A DNA stretch of 64,000 nt from the NCBI GenBank assembly GCA_965116905.1, contig OZ220732.1, positions 3,296,001 to 3,360,000 on the forward strand. The letters run 5' to 3'. This stretch comes from Longimicrobiales bacterium (GTDB lineage Bacteria > Gemmatimonadota > Gemmatimonadetes > Longimicrobiales > Gaopeijiaceae). A model generated the notes under the pieces. It made no database searches, was not told the DNA's origin, and was given only the letters and a program-made list of their open reading frames with translations. Numbering within the stretch: position 1 is the first letter of the stretch; every line of letters begins with the position of its first letter. The position numbers were made by a program, and so were the translations under genes. Below are positions 38,701-47,130 of the stretch, one piece after another.

Positions 38701-38905
38701 CGACCCGGCAACGCGCGAGCCCTACCCGGAGGCCTGCACCTACATCGCGAACCGTGCGCGCGACCTCGGGGTTTTCCTCAGCGTGGACGGTCCGGACCAC
38801 AACGTGCTCAAGTTCAAGCCCCCGCTCGTCTTCGGCGAGACGGAAGCCGCGCTTCTGATCGCGACGTTGGAGACCGTGCTGGCCGAGACGGCGCTCACGG
38901 TCTGA
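35759..38905 (+). CDS. APH-like kinase + M23 peptidase domain + class III aminotransferase/phospho-lyase fusion (hydroxylysine kinase/phospho-lyase type)
   Basis: Kinase: [15 protein letters not shown]23: IHLGLD, YGHL, PHLHFQ. Class III PLP domain: [29 protein letters not shown]. Confidence 0.88.
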   Translation: MQADLNERTRRAAAIAREHFGIEGEARALPGEFDLNFRLSASGTDRAVPPGASRNEAAPAPCHEFVLKLSPTSRHTVFDLVTKSLQHIDGAPLRAVIPRVVLPAAPVRQSPVVTIGDFEGTPHLACALTYVAGRPFADVRPRSLETLEELGAFLAELDLALSGFDHPELSRDFEWRMESAAPTIGAYLPLLGDRRDRVEGTLDRATRVLDPLLDALPRCVIHNDANDYNVMVSPSLDGTRLSGLIDFGDVAHGWRAAEVAVAAAYAMMELHDPVAAACAVARGYSGVTPLEASECRAIIPMVALRLCLSVSVQARQMREQPGNEYLAVSQKPAWRLLAQLAEADWRVAECRIRDACGLVPNPRLDPVLAHMDGARPRAPVMAPEVLERPRLIDLSVESLDLPHLDALATAGVLDAWVENTIAADGGTVGVGRYGEARILYDDPAFAVRGDHGPESRTIHLGLDLFAPPGTPVRAPLAGTVASVADNARPRDYGPTVILRHETGEGLGFHTLYGHLDRATLEHLTPGATIAAGDVLGWLGDASVNGGWPPHLHFQVIALDPLYDDGASAPSPGEFPGVALQRHRAVWECILPDPTRLAGLPSTAAPPPVPDPVFRFADLTAKRKTKLGSSLSLSYARPVHIVRGYGAWLYDDTGRRYLDTVNNVPHVGHGNRRVAEAIARHSRVLNTNTRYLHTQIVALAEELLAHFPPPLEVVFLVCSGSEANELALRMARCHTGNDGVVCLEGGYHGNTGALVEISHYKFAGPGGAGRGDRVAVASMPDTYRGRYRSPGSPDAAALYADDVAEAASRLARSPGGPGVAAFVAEPILSCGGQIEPPPGYLAAAFDHVRRAGGVCVADEVQVGFGRVGDAFWGFELQGVVPDIVTLGKPMGNGHPVAAVVTTREIADSFANGMEYFSTFGGNPVSCAAARAVLAEIRSRGLQDRARQVGGSLLDGLGELARRYPIVGDVRGRGLFLGMEFVRDPATREPYPEACTYIANRARDLGVFLSVDGPDHNVLKFKPPLVFGETEAALLIATLETVLAETALTV

Positions 38906-38920
38906 CCCGGCCCAGCCGAC

Positions 38921-39553
38921 TCAGGGTTGAAGGCGGCTGCGGTGCCACACCCCTTGGTCGCCGCGACTGTAGGCAAAGCGGTCGTGCAGCCGCGCCCGGC
39001 CCTCCTGCCAGAACTCGATCCGGTCGGGAACGATCCGGAGACCGGACCAGTGCGGGGGTCTCGGGATGTCCCGGCCGGCGTAGCGGTCCTCCAGCTCCGC
39101 GACGCGGGCTTCCAGCGCGGCGCGGCTCTCCAGTTCACGGCTCTGGTCCGAGGCCCACGCACCGATTCGGCTGCCGCGCGGACGGCTGCCGAAGTATGCG
39201 TCCGCTTCTTGCGGCGACACGGGCACGACGGGACCCCGCACCCGCACCTGGCGCCCGAGCGGCTGCCAGTAGAAGGTCATGCCCGCGCGGGGATGGGCGG
39301 CCAGCGACCGTCCCTTGTCGGATTGGAGATTGGTGTAGAAAACGAATCCGCGCTCATCGAAGCCCTTGAGCAGCACCATGCGCCCCTCCGGAGTGTCGTC
39401 GGGACCCAGGGTGGAGAGACAGGCCGCCTCGGCAAACACGATTGCGGGATCGGCCTCGGCCTCGGCGAACCAGCGCCCGAACTGCTCGATCGGATCAGCC
39501 GCCAGGTCGCCGTGCGCCAGTGAGCCGCCGTACGGGCCGGAGCCGTTCGCCAT
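38921..39553 (-). CDS. pdxH: Pyridoxine/pyridoxamine 5'-phosphate oxidase
   Basis: RMVLLKG, FYTNLQSDKG, RQVRVRG, EFWQEGRARLHDR. Confidence 0.95.
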   Translation of the reverse strand: MANGSGPYGGSLAHGDLAADPIEQFGRWFAEAEADPAIVFAEAACLSTLGPDDTPEGRMVLLKGFDERGFVFYTNLQSDKGRSLAAHPRAGMTFYWQPLGRQVRVRGPVVPVSPQEADAYFGSRPRGSRIGAWASDQSRELESRAALEARVAELEDRYAGRDIPRPPHWSGLRIVPDRIEFWQEGRARLHDRFAYSRGDQGVWHRSRLQP

Positions 39554-39556
39554 GGC

Positions 39557-40945
39557 CTACCGGTAGCCCGGCGCCCCGCGTCCGAGCTGAAAGGCGAGCG
39601 ATTCGCCGAGTCCCTCGAAGTCGAAGCGATAGCCGCTCCGCGTGGCGGCCTGCGGAATCACGCGGGCACCCTCCAGCAGCAGGGTCCTGCCCATCTCGCC
39701 GAACATGCCGCGTACCGCCAGCGACGGCACCGGAAGCAGCGTGGGGCGGCGGAGCGTGCGGCCGAGAATGGTGGTGAACGTGGCGTTGGGGACGGGGTGG
39801 GGCGCAACGCCGTTGACCGGCCCGCGCAACGTGGACGTAATGATGGCGTGGAAGACCAGCCCGACGAGGTCGTCGTGGTCGATCCAGCTGACGTATTGCC
39901 GTCCGCTGCCCAGACGCCCGCCGATCCCGACCTTGAAGGGCAGCAGCATGGTGCCGAGAGCGCCACCCGCGGGGCTCAGCACGAGCCCGGTCCGGAGCAG
40001 CACCACACGGATCCCGGACCGTTCCGCGAGGCGCGCCTCCTTCTCCCACTCCCTGCACAGATCCACCAGGAACCCCTTGCCGGGCTTGCTGGCCTCGACG
40101 AGCCGCTCGCTGCCCCGGTTTCCATAGATACCGATCGCGGAAGACGACACCAGGACGCCCGGCGGCTTGCGCAGGCTGTTGAGCGCGCCGGCAAGCACGC
40201 GCGTGCCGACTACGCGGCTCTGCCAGATCGCCTTCTTCTTCGCGGGAGTCCATCGGCCCTTCGACAGGTTCTCGCCCGCAAGATGCACCACCGCATCGAC
40301 GCCCTCGAGGCGGCTTCCCTCGATCCGTCCCTCCATCGGGTCCCAGTAGATCTCCCCCCGGTCGCGGCGCGGCTTGCGACGAACGATGGGCAGGACTTCG
40401 TGGCCCCCCGTGGTGAGGAAGTTGCACAGCGCGCTGCCCACGAACCCGCCCGCCCCCGTCACGGCCACCCTCAGCGAAGGCCCTTCATGGGCGGCGTGCC
40501 GCCTGAGGTCCTGGACGAGACGCTGATTGCGAAAGCGCAGGAGACGCTTCAACTCGCCCTCGATGGTGGCGCCCGCCAGAGCCGCCGTGGCCGGACCGAG
40601 CGGAGAATCGTAGTTGATGCGGTCGCGAAGCACCGTCGCGCCACTCCCAGCCGGCTCGAACTCGTGGCGATGCACCCAGGACCCCATCGGGCCCGACTCC
40701 TGCTCGTCCTGGAAGAGCCTGCCCTCTTCGTACGCAGTGTGCCTGGCCTTGAAGTCCACCTTGACCGGGCCCCGCCGAACTCTCACGTGCACGAGGCCGC
40801 CGTTGTGGATTCCGCCTTCGCGGGCCACCACGCGCGCGTCCTCCCACGGCGGCATCAGGCGCTCGAGCGCGCCGGGCCGCATGTGCCAGTCCCAAACGTC
40901 TTCGACCGGAAACGGCAACTCCACTTCGTGCACTAGCTTCGGCAT
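39557..40945 (-). CDS. SRPBCC domain + TIGR01777 (YfcH/YfhF-like) NAD-dependent epimerase
   Basis: N-terminal WHMRPGALERLMPPW. Then VTGAGGFVG, SSSAIGIYG, RTGLVL, GSGRQYVSWID. Confidence 0.88.
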   Translation of the reverse strand: MPKLVHEVELPFPVEDVWDWHMRPGALERLMPPWEDARVVAREGGIHNGGLVHVRVRRGPVKVDFKARHTAYEEGRLFQDEQESGPMGSWVHRHEFEPAGSGATVLRDRINYDSPLGPATAALAGATIEGELKRLLRFRNQRLVQDLRRHAAHEGPSLRVAVTGAGGFVGSALCNFLTTGGHEVLPIVRRKPRRDRGEIYWDPMEGRIEGSRLEGVDAVVHLAGENLSKGRWTPAKKKAIWQSRVVGTRVLAGALNSLRKPPGVLVSSSAIGIYGNRGSERLVEASKPGKGFLVDLCREWEKEARLAERSGIRVVLLRTGLVLSPAGGALGTMLLPFKVGIGGRLGSGRQYVSWIDHDDLVGLVFHAIITSTLRGPVNGVAPHPVPNATFTTILGRTLRRPTLLPVPSLAVRGMFGEMGRTLLLEGARVIPQAATRSGYRFDFEGLGESLAFQLGRGAPGYR

Positions 40946-40954
40946 GCGGTATCC

Positions 40955-41677
40955 TCAGCCTCCGTCCGGCCGCGGGTTGACGTCCTGTATGGCCTGGATG
41001 TCCTGTGTGGCATTGATGTCCTGTATGGCCGCGCGGATCGCGTCGACGCCCGCGCCGGGGCCTCCGGGGTGCCTGAAAACCGCCGAGCCGGCCACCAGCA
41101 CCGTCGCCCCGGCTTCGACGAGTGCGGGCGCCGTCGTGGCGCTCACCCCGCCGTCCACCTGGATATCCACCTCGCCGGGGCGCCGCTCCTCGATCATGCG
41201 CCGCGCCCGGGCGACCTTGTCGAGCGACTGCGGGATGAAGGCCTGTCCCCCGAACCCGGGGTTGACCGTCATGATGACGAGCAGGTCGAGGTCGTCGAGC
41301 ACTTCCTCGACCGCGGCGAGCGGCGTAGCCGGGTTCAGCGCGACCCCGGCCTTGACACCCAGGCTCCGGATCAGCCCGAGCGTGCGATGCAGGTGGACCG
41401 CGGCCTCGGCGTGCACAGTGATCACGTCGGCGCCCGCGTCGGCGAAGTCGGCGACGTACCGGTCCGGGTCCTGGATCATGAGGTGCACGTCCAGGGTGCG
41501 CGCGGTCACCCCGCGGACGGCGTCGGCGATGAGGGGCCCGATCGTGATGTTCGGCACGAAATGCCCATCCATCACGTCGACGTGAATCCACTCCGCACCG
41601 GCTTCGTCGACCGCGCGGACCTCGCTCCCCAGTTCGGCGAAGCGGCAGGCCAGAATGGATGGCGCGATCCGTATCAC
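40955..41677 (-). CDS. rpe: Ribulose-phosphate 3-epimerase
   Basis: [46 protein letters not shown] overlaps the rpiA stop. Confidence 0.96.
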   Translation of the reverse strand: MIRIAPSILACRFAELGSEVRAVDEAGAEWIHVDVMDGHFVPNITIGPLIADAVRGVTARTLDVHLMIQDPDRYVADFADAGADVITVHAEAAVHLHRTLGLIRSLGVKAGVALNPATPLAAVEEVLDDLDLLVIMTVNPGFGGQAFIPQSLDKVARARRMIEERRPGEVDIQVDGGVSATTAPALVEAGATVLVAGSAVFRHPGGPGAGVDAIRAAIQDINATQDIQAIQDVNPRPDGG

Positions 41678-42399
41678 CGCGACTCGTCTCCGGTCAGGCG
41701 GTAGGCGCCCACCTTCCCCGCCACGACAACCTCGTCGGCCATCCCCAGAAACAGTCCCGACTCGACCACCCCCGCCCGCCGCCCGAGGCGATCGTCCAGC
41801 GCACTCGGGTCGGGGATGCCATCCGCGAAGTGGCAATCGATCACCAGGTTGCCGTTGTCGGTCACGTACCTGCTTCCGTCCTCGCTCCGGCGGACGACGG
41901 GTTCGGCTCCCATGCCCTCCAACCACGGCAAATGGCTCGCGAACTCGAACGGGACAACCTCGACCGGCACGGGGGCGCGTTCCCCGAGCCGTTGGACCAG
42001 CTTCGTGTCGTCCACGATCGCCAGCATTCGTCGGGACGCCTGCGCCACCATCTTCTCCCTGAGCAGCGCTCCCCCCAGCCCCTTCACCAGGTTCAGCCGC
42101 GGATCCACTTCGTCGGCACCGTCGACCGTGAGGTCGAGTGCCCCAAGCTCGCCGAGCGTGCCCAGCGGGATCCCCAGCTCGAGCGCCGCCTTCTCGGTGC
42201 GCACGGAGGTCGGGACCCCGATCACCTCGGAAAGCTCACCGCGCGCGATCCGGTTGCCCAGATGGATGAGGAAGTGTGCGACGGTCGAGCCGGTGCCAAG
42301 CCCCACCCGCATGCCCGACTCGACGCTGCCGGCCGCGTCACGCCCCGCCAGGCCCTTGAGCTCGTGTATGGTGGGCGGGTCGACGGTTGATGGAGTCAA
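41674..42399 (-). CDS. rpiA: Ribose-5-phosphate isomerase A
   Basis: [42 protein letters not shown] start at 42399 is inferred. Confidence 0.95.
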   Translation of the reverse strand: MTPSTVDPPTIHELKGLAGRDAAGSVESGMRVGLGTGSTVAHFLIHLGNRIARGELSEVIGVPTSVRTEKAALELGIPLGTLGELGALDLTVDGADEVDPRLNLVKGLGGALLREKMVAQASRRMLAIVDDTKLVQRLGERAPVPVEVVPFEFASHLPWLEGMGAEPVVRRSEDGSRYVTDNGNLVIDCHFADGIPDPSALDDRLGRRAGVVESGLFLGMADEVVVAGKVGAYRLTGDESR

Positions 42400-42455
42400 G
42401 GCCTCACCGGGTGACGGGTTGCGGGGGTTGGCGAGACCCAAATCTATGCCATGCC

Positions 42456-42554
42456 GCCGGGCGGTTCCAGTTGGGCCGGCCGACCACTTCCGGCTGGGCG
42501 GGCCGGGCGGTTCCGGTCGGGCGGGCCGGGCGGTGCCGATCGGGCCGGGCCGGG
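42456..42554. repeat. Degenerate 23-bp tandem repeat in the rpiA/aroF divergent region
   Basis: About four copies of GCCGGGCGGTTCCGGTCGGGCGG. Confidence 0.8.
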
Positions 42555-42556
42555 AG

Positions 42557-42565
42557 TGCTATACT
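42557..42565 (+). promoter_or_regulatory. Extended -10 promoter candidate for aroF
   Basis: TGcTATACT about 55 nt upstream of the GTG start. Confidence 0.5.
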
Positions 42566-42618
42566 TCATTTGTTTCCCCCAGCACGCCACTTGAATCGCA
42601 ACCCCGGGAACCTTCAAC

Positions 42619-43635
42619 GTGATCATCGTCGCCAGGAAGGACATCACCGCGGATCAGATCGACCACATCCGCGAGCGTATCGAAGCCGTCGGGCTTCGCA
42701 CTCACATATCGATCGGCGAGAGCCGCACGATCATCGGCTGCATCGGCGACGAGGCGCGGCTGGCCAGCATGCCGCTGCTGTCGATTCCCGGGGTGCAGTC
42801 GGTGCACCCGGTCATGCGTCCCTACAAGCTGGCGGCCCGTGGCTTTTCCGCCGATCAGGCCACCAGGGTGCGAATCGGCGACAACAGCTTCGGAGGACCG
42901 AAGTGCCTGGTCGCGGCGGGGCCCTGCTCGGTCGAGGGGCGTCCGATGATGGTGGAGACGGGGAATGCCGTCGCCGGCTCGGGTGCCTCGCTGCTGCGCG
43001 GAGGCGCGTTCAAGCCCCGTACTTCGCCGTATTCCTTTGACGGACTCAAGGAGGAAGGCCTGCGCATCCTTGCGGAGGTCAGGTCCGAGACCGGGCTCCC
43101 CGTCGTTACGGAAGTGCTCGATCCGCGAGAGGCGGAACTGGTGGCCGGCTACGCCGACATGCTGCAGATCGGGGCGCGGAACATGCAGAACTTCTCCCTT
43201 CTCCGCGAGGTGGGACAGCTGCAGCGCCCCGTGTTGCTGAAGCGCGGCATGTCGGCGACGCTGAAGGACCTGCTGCTGGCGGCGGAGTACGTCATGAGCC
43301 GCGGCAACATGCAGGTCGTGCTGTGTGAGCGCGGCATCCGCACATTCGGGGCCGAGACGCGGAATACCTTCGACCTGGCCGCCATTCCGTGGTTGAAGAT
43401 GGAGACGCACCTCCCCGTCATCGCCGACCCGTCGCACGCCGGGGGACGCCGTGACCTGGTGGCTCCCCTGAGCTACGCGGCGCTTGCAGCCGGGGCCGAT
43501 GGACTCATCGTCGAGGTGCACCCCGATCCGGAAGCAGCCATGTCCGACGGGGACCAGTCACTGACCTTCGACGAGTTTGCGGACCTGATGGACGGTCTGA
43601 CGGTCTTCGCGGAGGCGGCGGGTAGGTCCTTGTAG
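42619..43635 (+). CDS. aroF: DAHP synthase, class I-beta with N-terminal regulatory domain
   Basis: [54 protein letters not shown]. Confidence 0.95.
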   Translation: MIIVARKDITADQIDHIRERIEAVGLRTHISIGESRTIIGCIGDEARLASMPLLSIPGVQSVHPVMRPYKLAARGFSADQATRVRIGDNSFGGPKCLVAAGPCSVEGRPMMVETGNAVAGSGASLLRGGAFKPRTSPYSFDGLKEEGLRILAEVRSETGLPVVTEVLDPREAELVAGYADMLQIGARNMQNFSLLREVGQLQRPVLLKRGMSATLKDLLLAAEYVMSRGNMQVVLCERGIRTFGAETRNTFDLAAIPWLKMETHLPVIADPSHAGGRRDLVAPLSYAALAAGADGLIVEVHPDPEAAMSDGDQSLTFDEFADLMDGLTVFAEAAGRSL

Positions 43636-43693
43636 GGAAGGTCCCTGTGGCGCAGGGTCCCTCTAGCGCCCGATCCCTCTAGCGCCCGGTCCC
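43625..43693. repeat. Degenerate 16-bp tandem repeat between convergent aroF and argH
   Basis: GGTCCCTCTAGCGCCC / GATCCCTCTAGCGCCC plus more degenerate copies, one spanning the aroF stop. Confidence 0.75.
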
Positions 43694-43703
43694 GGAGGCC
43701 TGG

Positions 43704-45092
43704 TCAGGCCCGCGCCAGAGCCTCGGCCAGCGCCTCCAGCTGGGCCTGCATCGCGGCCTCGGAGGTGCCTCCGCGCACGGTCCGCGATTCCACCGAGGCG
43801 ACCGGATCGAAGACCGCGAATACGTCCTCCTCGAACGCGGGGTGAACCGCGGTCATCTCCTCCAGGGTGAGGTCGCCCAGTCCCCTGCCCGCGCCCTCCG
43901 CCACGCGTACCAGTTCGCCCACCACGTGATGTGCCTCCCGGAAGGGCACCTCGCGCCGCACGAGGTAGTCGGCAAGGTCCGTGGCATGGAGTTCGGCACG
44001 GAGCGCCCCGCCCATCCGGCGCGGGTTCAGCGTCATGCCGGCCACCGCACCCCTCACGGCCGGCAGGACGACGGCCAGCGTATCCACCGAGTCGAAGACG
44101 GCCTCCTTGTCCTCCTGCAGGTCCCGGTTGTATCCGGTCGGCAGGCCCTTCAGCACGGTCAGCGTGGCCATCAGGTTGCCGACGAGGCGACCCGACTTGC
44201 CCCGCGTCAGCTCGGCCACGTCCGGATTCCGCTTTTGCGGCATCAGCGACGACCCCGTCGTGAAGCCGTCTCCCAGCCGCACATACCCGAACTCGCTGCT
44301 GGAGAACAGGACGAGGTCTTCGGCCAGCTGGGACAGGTGCACGCCGGTCATGGCCCCTCCGAAGAGCAGCCGGGCGGCCCAGTCGCGGTCCGACACGCTG
44401 TCCATGGAGTTTTCCGAGACCCGGCTGAAGCCGAGATCGGCCGCCAGGGCACCGCGATCGACATCGAAGGGGCAACCGGCGATGGCGCCCGAGCCCAGCG
44501 GAAGGACATCGCACTCCCTGCGCACGGCACCCAGGTGCTCCATGTCGCGGACCAGGGGCCACGCCCTGGACAACAGCCAGTGTCCCGCGGGAACCGGCTG
44601 GGCCTGCTGCATGTGGGTGTAGCCCGGCATCACGATGTCCGAGTTGTCCCGCGCCCGGTCCGCGATCGTGACAATCAGCGAGGACAGGTGCCCGCGCAGC
44701 AGGTCGATCGCCTCCTTGCCCCACAGCCTGAAGTCGGTGGCGACCTGGTCGTTTCGGGATCGGCCCGTGTGCAGCTTGCCGCCAACCGACCCGATCCTCT
44801 CGGTCAACAGGCGCTCAACGACCGTGTGGATGTCCTCGTCGGCAAAGCGCGACGGCCCGCCGGCCGCCTTCAGCTCCTCCGCGACCTCCACGAGACCACG
44901 ATCGATCTCGGCAGCCTCGGCGGAAGAGAGCAGTCCCGCACGTTCAAGTCCGCGCGCCCACGCCCGGCTTCCCCGGACATCTTGACGCCAGAGGCGCCAA
45001 TCCGTGTCGAGTGAGCGGTTGAGGGCCTCCATGTCGGGCGCCAGCCCGTCGTCGAAACGCCCTCCCCAGAGCGCGTGGCCCGAGCCCTCCAC
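43704..45092 (-). CDS. argH: Argininosuccinate lyase
   Basis: LWGGRF, HTGRSRNDQ, MPGYTHMQQAQP, GSSLMPQKRNPD, YNRDLQEDK. Confidence 0.96.
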   Translation of the reverse strand: MEGSGHALWGGRFDDGLAPDMEALNRSLDTDWRLWRQDVRGSRAWARGLERAGLLSSAEAAEIDRGLVEVAEELKAAGGPSRFADEDIHTVVERLLTERIGSVGGKLHTGRSRNDQVATDFRLWGKEAIDLLRGHLSSLIVTIADRARDNSDIVMPGYTHMQQAQPVPAGHWLLSRAWPLVRDMEHLGAVRRECDVLPLGSGAIAGCPFDVDRGALAADLGFSRVSENSMDSVSDRDWAARLLFGGAMTGVHLSQLAEDLVLFSSSEFGYVRLGDGFTTGSSLMPQKRNPDVAELTRGKSGRLVGNLMATLTVLKGLPTGYNRDLQEDKEAVFDSVDTLAVVLPAVRGAVAGMTLNPRRMGGALRAELHATDLADYLVRREVPFREAHHVVGELVRVAEGAGRGLGDLTLEEMTAVHPAFEEDVFAVFDPVASVESRTVRGGTSEAAMQAQLEALAEALARA

Positions 45093-45116
45093 GGTGACAG
45101 GTGGCCAGGTGGCCGG

Positions 45117-46418
45117 TCAGCCGTCCCTGGTGTGGACCAGGCCGGCGGCTTTCGGCGGCCTGCCATTCCGTCCGGCCGATTCCGGTGCGACCGATTCCGG
45201 TGCCGTGTCCACGGCGCCGTCCGCGACCGCGATCCTCTGGGCGGCAACGGCGCGCTGAGGCAGGCTGAAGAGCTTCAGGAAGCCCGAGGAGTCGCTGTGG
45301 GCATAGCCCTCGCTGGCGCCGAAGGACGCGAGATCGAGGTCGTAGAGGGACGCGGGCGCACTGCGCGACAGCACAGTCGCCTGTCCCTTGAACAGGCGCA
45401 GCCGGACCGTCCCCGTCACGTTGGCCATCAGCGAATCGACCATCGCGTTGAGGGCTTCGCGCTCGGGGGTCCACCACCGTCCCTCGTAGACCAGGTCGGC
45501 GTAGCGCGGGGCAAGCTGGTCCTTGAGTCCCAGGCACTGCCGCGAGAGCACCAGCTGCTCGAGTTCCTGGATTGCGGTGAGAAGGATCGTGCCGCCCGGC
45601 GTCTCGTACACGCCGCGCGACTTGATTCCGACCACGCGATCCTCGATCACGTCCGCTCGTCCCACACCGTGCTCCGCCCCGGCCGCGTTGAGTGCCTCCA
45701 GCAGGGCCAGCGGCGACAGCGCCTCCCCGTCGACCGTCACCGGGATGCCCTTCTCGAAGCCGACCTCCACCTCGAGCGCGACGTCGGGCGCCAGGGAGGG
45801 ATCACGCGTCCACAGGAAGACATCGTCGCCGGGAGCGTTCGCGGGATCCTCCAGCGGCCCGCCCTCGTGGCTTATGTGCCACAGGTTCTCGTCGCGCGAG
45901 TAGAGCTTCTCCTCGTCGATGCCCTCGAGCGAGATCCCCCTCTTTTCCGCATAGGAGAAGGCGTCTTCGCGCGAGCCGATGTCCCACTCCCGCCAGGGAG
46001 CGATCACCTGCAGGTCGGGCGCCAGGGCGGCGAAGGACAGCTCGAAGCGCAACTGGTCGTTGCCCTTGCCGGTGCATCCGTGCGCCAGGGAGTGAGCCCC
46101 CGTCTTGCGAGCGATCTCGACCATGCGACGCGAGATCAGCGGGCGTGCCATGGCGGTGCCGAGCAGGTACTTCCGGCTGTACACCGCGCCTGCCCGCAGG
46201 ACCGGGAACACGTATTCGGAGACGAACTCCTCGCGAAGGTCCTCGCCGAAAAAGGCCGAGGCCCCGGTCGCAAAGGCCTTTCCGGCCAGCATTCCGACGC
46301 CGCCCCGCTGCCCCACGTCCGCGGCCATGCATATGACGTCGGCCCCGTAGTTCTCGCGCAGCCACGGCACGATGACCGAAGTGTCGAGGCCTCCCGAGTA
46401 TCCCAGCACCACTTTCAT
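45117..46418 (-). CDS. argG: Argininosuccinate synthase
   Basis: YSGGLDTS, HGCTGKGNDQ.RFE, YSRDENLWH, KSRGVYETPG. Confidence 0.96.
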   Translation of the reverse strand: MKVVLGYSGGLDTSVIVPWLRENYGADVICMAADVGQRGGVGMLAGKAFATGASAFFGEDLREEFVSEYVFPVLRAGAVYSRKYLLGTAMARPLISRRMVEIARKTGAHSLAHGCTGKGNDQLRFELSFAALAPDLQVIAPWREWDIGSREDAFSYAEKRGISLEGIDEEKLYSRDENLWHISHEGGPLEDPANAPGDDVFLWTRDPSLAPDVALEVEVGFEKGIPVTVDGEALSPLALLEALNAAGAEHGVGRADVIEDRVVGIKSRGVYETPGGTILLTAIQELEQLVLSRQCLGLKDQLAPRYADLVYEGRWWTPEREALNAMVDSLMANVTGTVRLRLFKGQATVLSRSAPASLYDLDLASFGASEGYAHSDSSGFLKLFSLPQRAVAAQRIAVADGAVDTAPESVAPESAGRNGRPPKAAGLVHTRDG

Positions 46419-46536
46419 GATTCGCTTCCCCCGGCGGTTGGGGGGCCGGAGCCACAGGGGGCGTACGTCTCCCGCCAAGGCCGTACGACATCCATCACCC
46501 TGTGCTCCGGACCCACCCGCGGTTCCCGCCGTGTGT

Positions 46537-46575
46537 GAAGAAAAAAAATACAGCTATTATGAATGAATATGCATT
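46537..46575. promoter_or_regulatory. ARG box (ArgR operator) upstream of argGH
   Basis: TATGAATGAATATGCATT (46558-46575) fits WNTGNATWWWWATNCANW with one mismatch. A second half-site, ATACA, lies exactly 21 bp away. AT-rich island next to argR. Confidence 0.8.
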
Positions 46576-46628
46576 TCGTCGTTGGAAGTCAACAGGTTGG
46601 AGGCGTCGGGAGTCCGGCTCGCGTCCGC

Positions 46629-47090
46629 TTACCGGGCGTCCGCCAGCTGGCTGAGAATCTCCACGACGCTCCGGGCGGACGCGTCGTCACGCAGAATGAT
46701 CAGCACCGTGTCGTCCCCGGCGATGGTCCCCGCGAGCCCCTCGAACTCCTCCCAATCGATTCCGGACGCGACCGTCTGCGCCCCGCCGCTCAGGGTTCGC
46801 ACGACGATGAAGTTGCCCACCGCCTCCGCGGACACGAAGAGCGCCGGGAGAATCGAGTCGAGGGGCGGTACGTGGTCCCACTCCTCGGGCACCGTGTAGT
46901 GGGGCTTGCCGTCCGCCGCCTGAACCTTGACCAGGCGCAGGTCCCGGATGTCGCGCGAAAGCGTGGCCTGGGCCACCCGGAACCCCTGCGCGGCCAGGAG
47001 CTTGCGCAACGCCTCCTGATGAGGCACACGCGTGTGTCGGATGATCTCGAGCAGCCTGGCCTGCCGCTCGCGCTTCCCTCCGGACGTCAC
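46629..47090 (-). CDS. argR: Arginine repressor
   Basis: RQARLLEII, QATLSRDIRDL, GTIAGDDTVLII. Confidence 0.95.
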   Translation of the reverse strand: MTSGGKRERQARLLEIIRHTRVPHQEALRKLLAAQGFRVAQATLSRDIRDLRLVKVQAADGKPHYTVPEEWDHVPPLDSILPALFVSAEAVGNFIVVRTLSGGAQTVASGIDWEEFEGLAGTIAGDDTVLIILRDDASARSVVEILSQLADAR

Positions 47091-47130
47091 GGCGGCGTCC
47101 GGCCGTCACGGTCCATGGCCCGCCCGGCGA

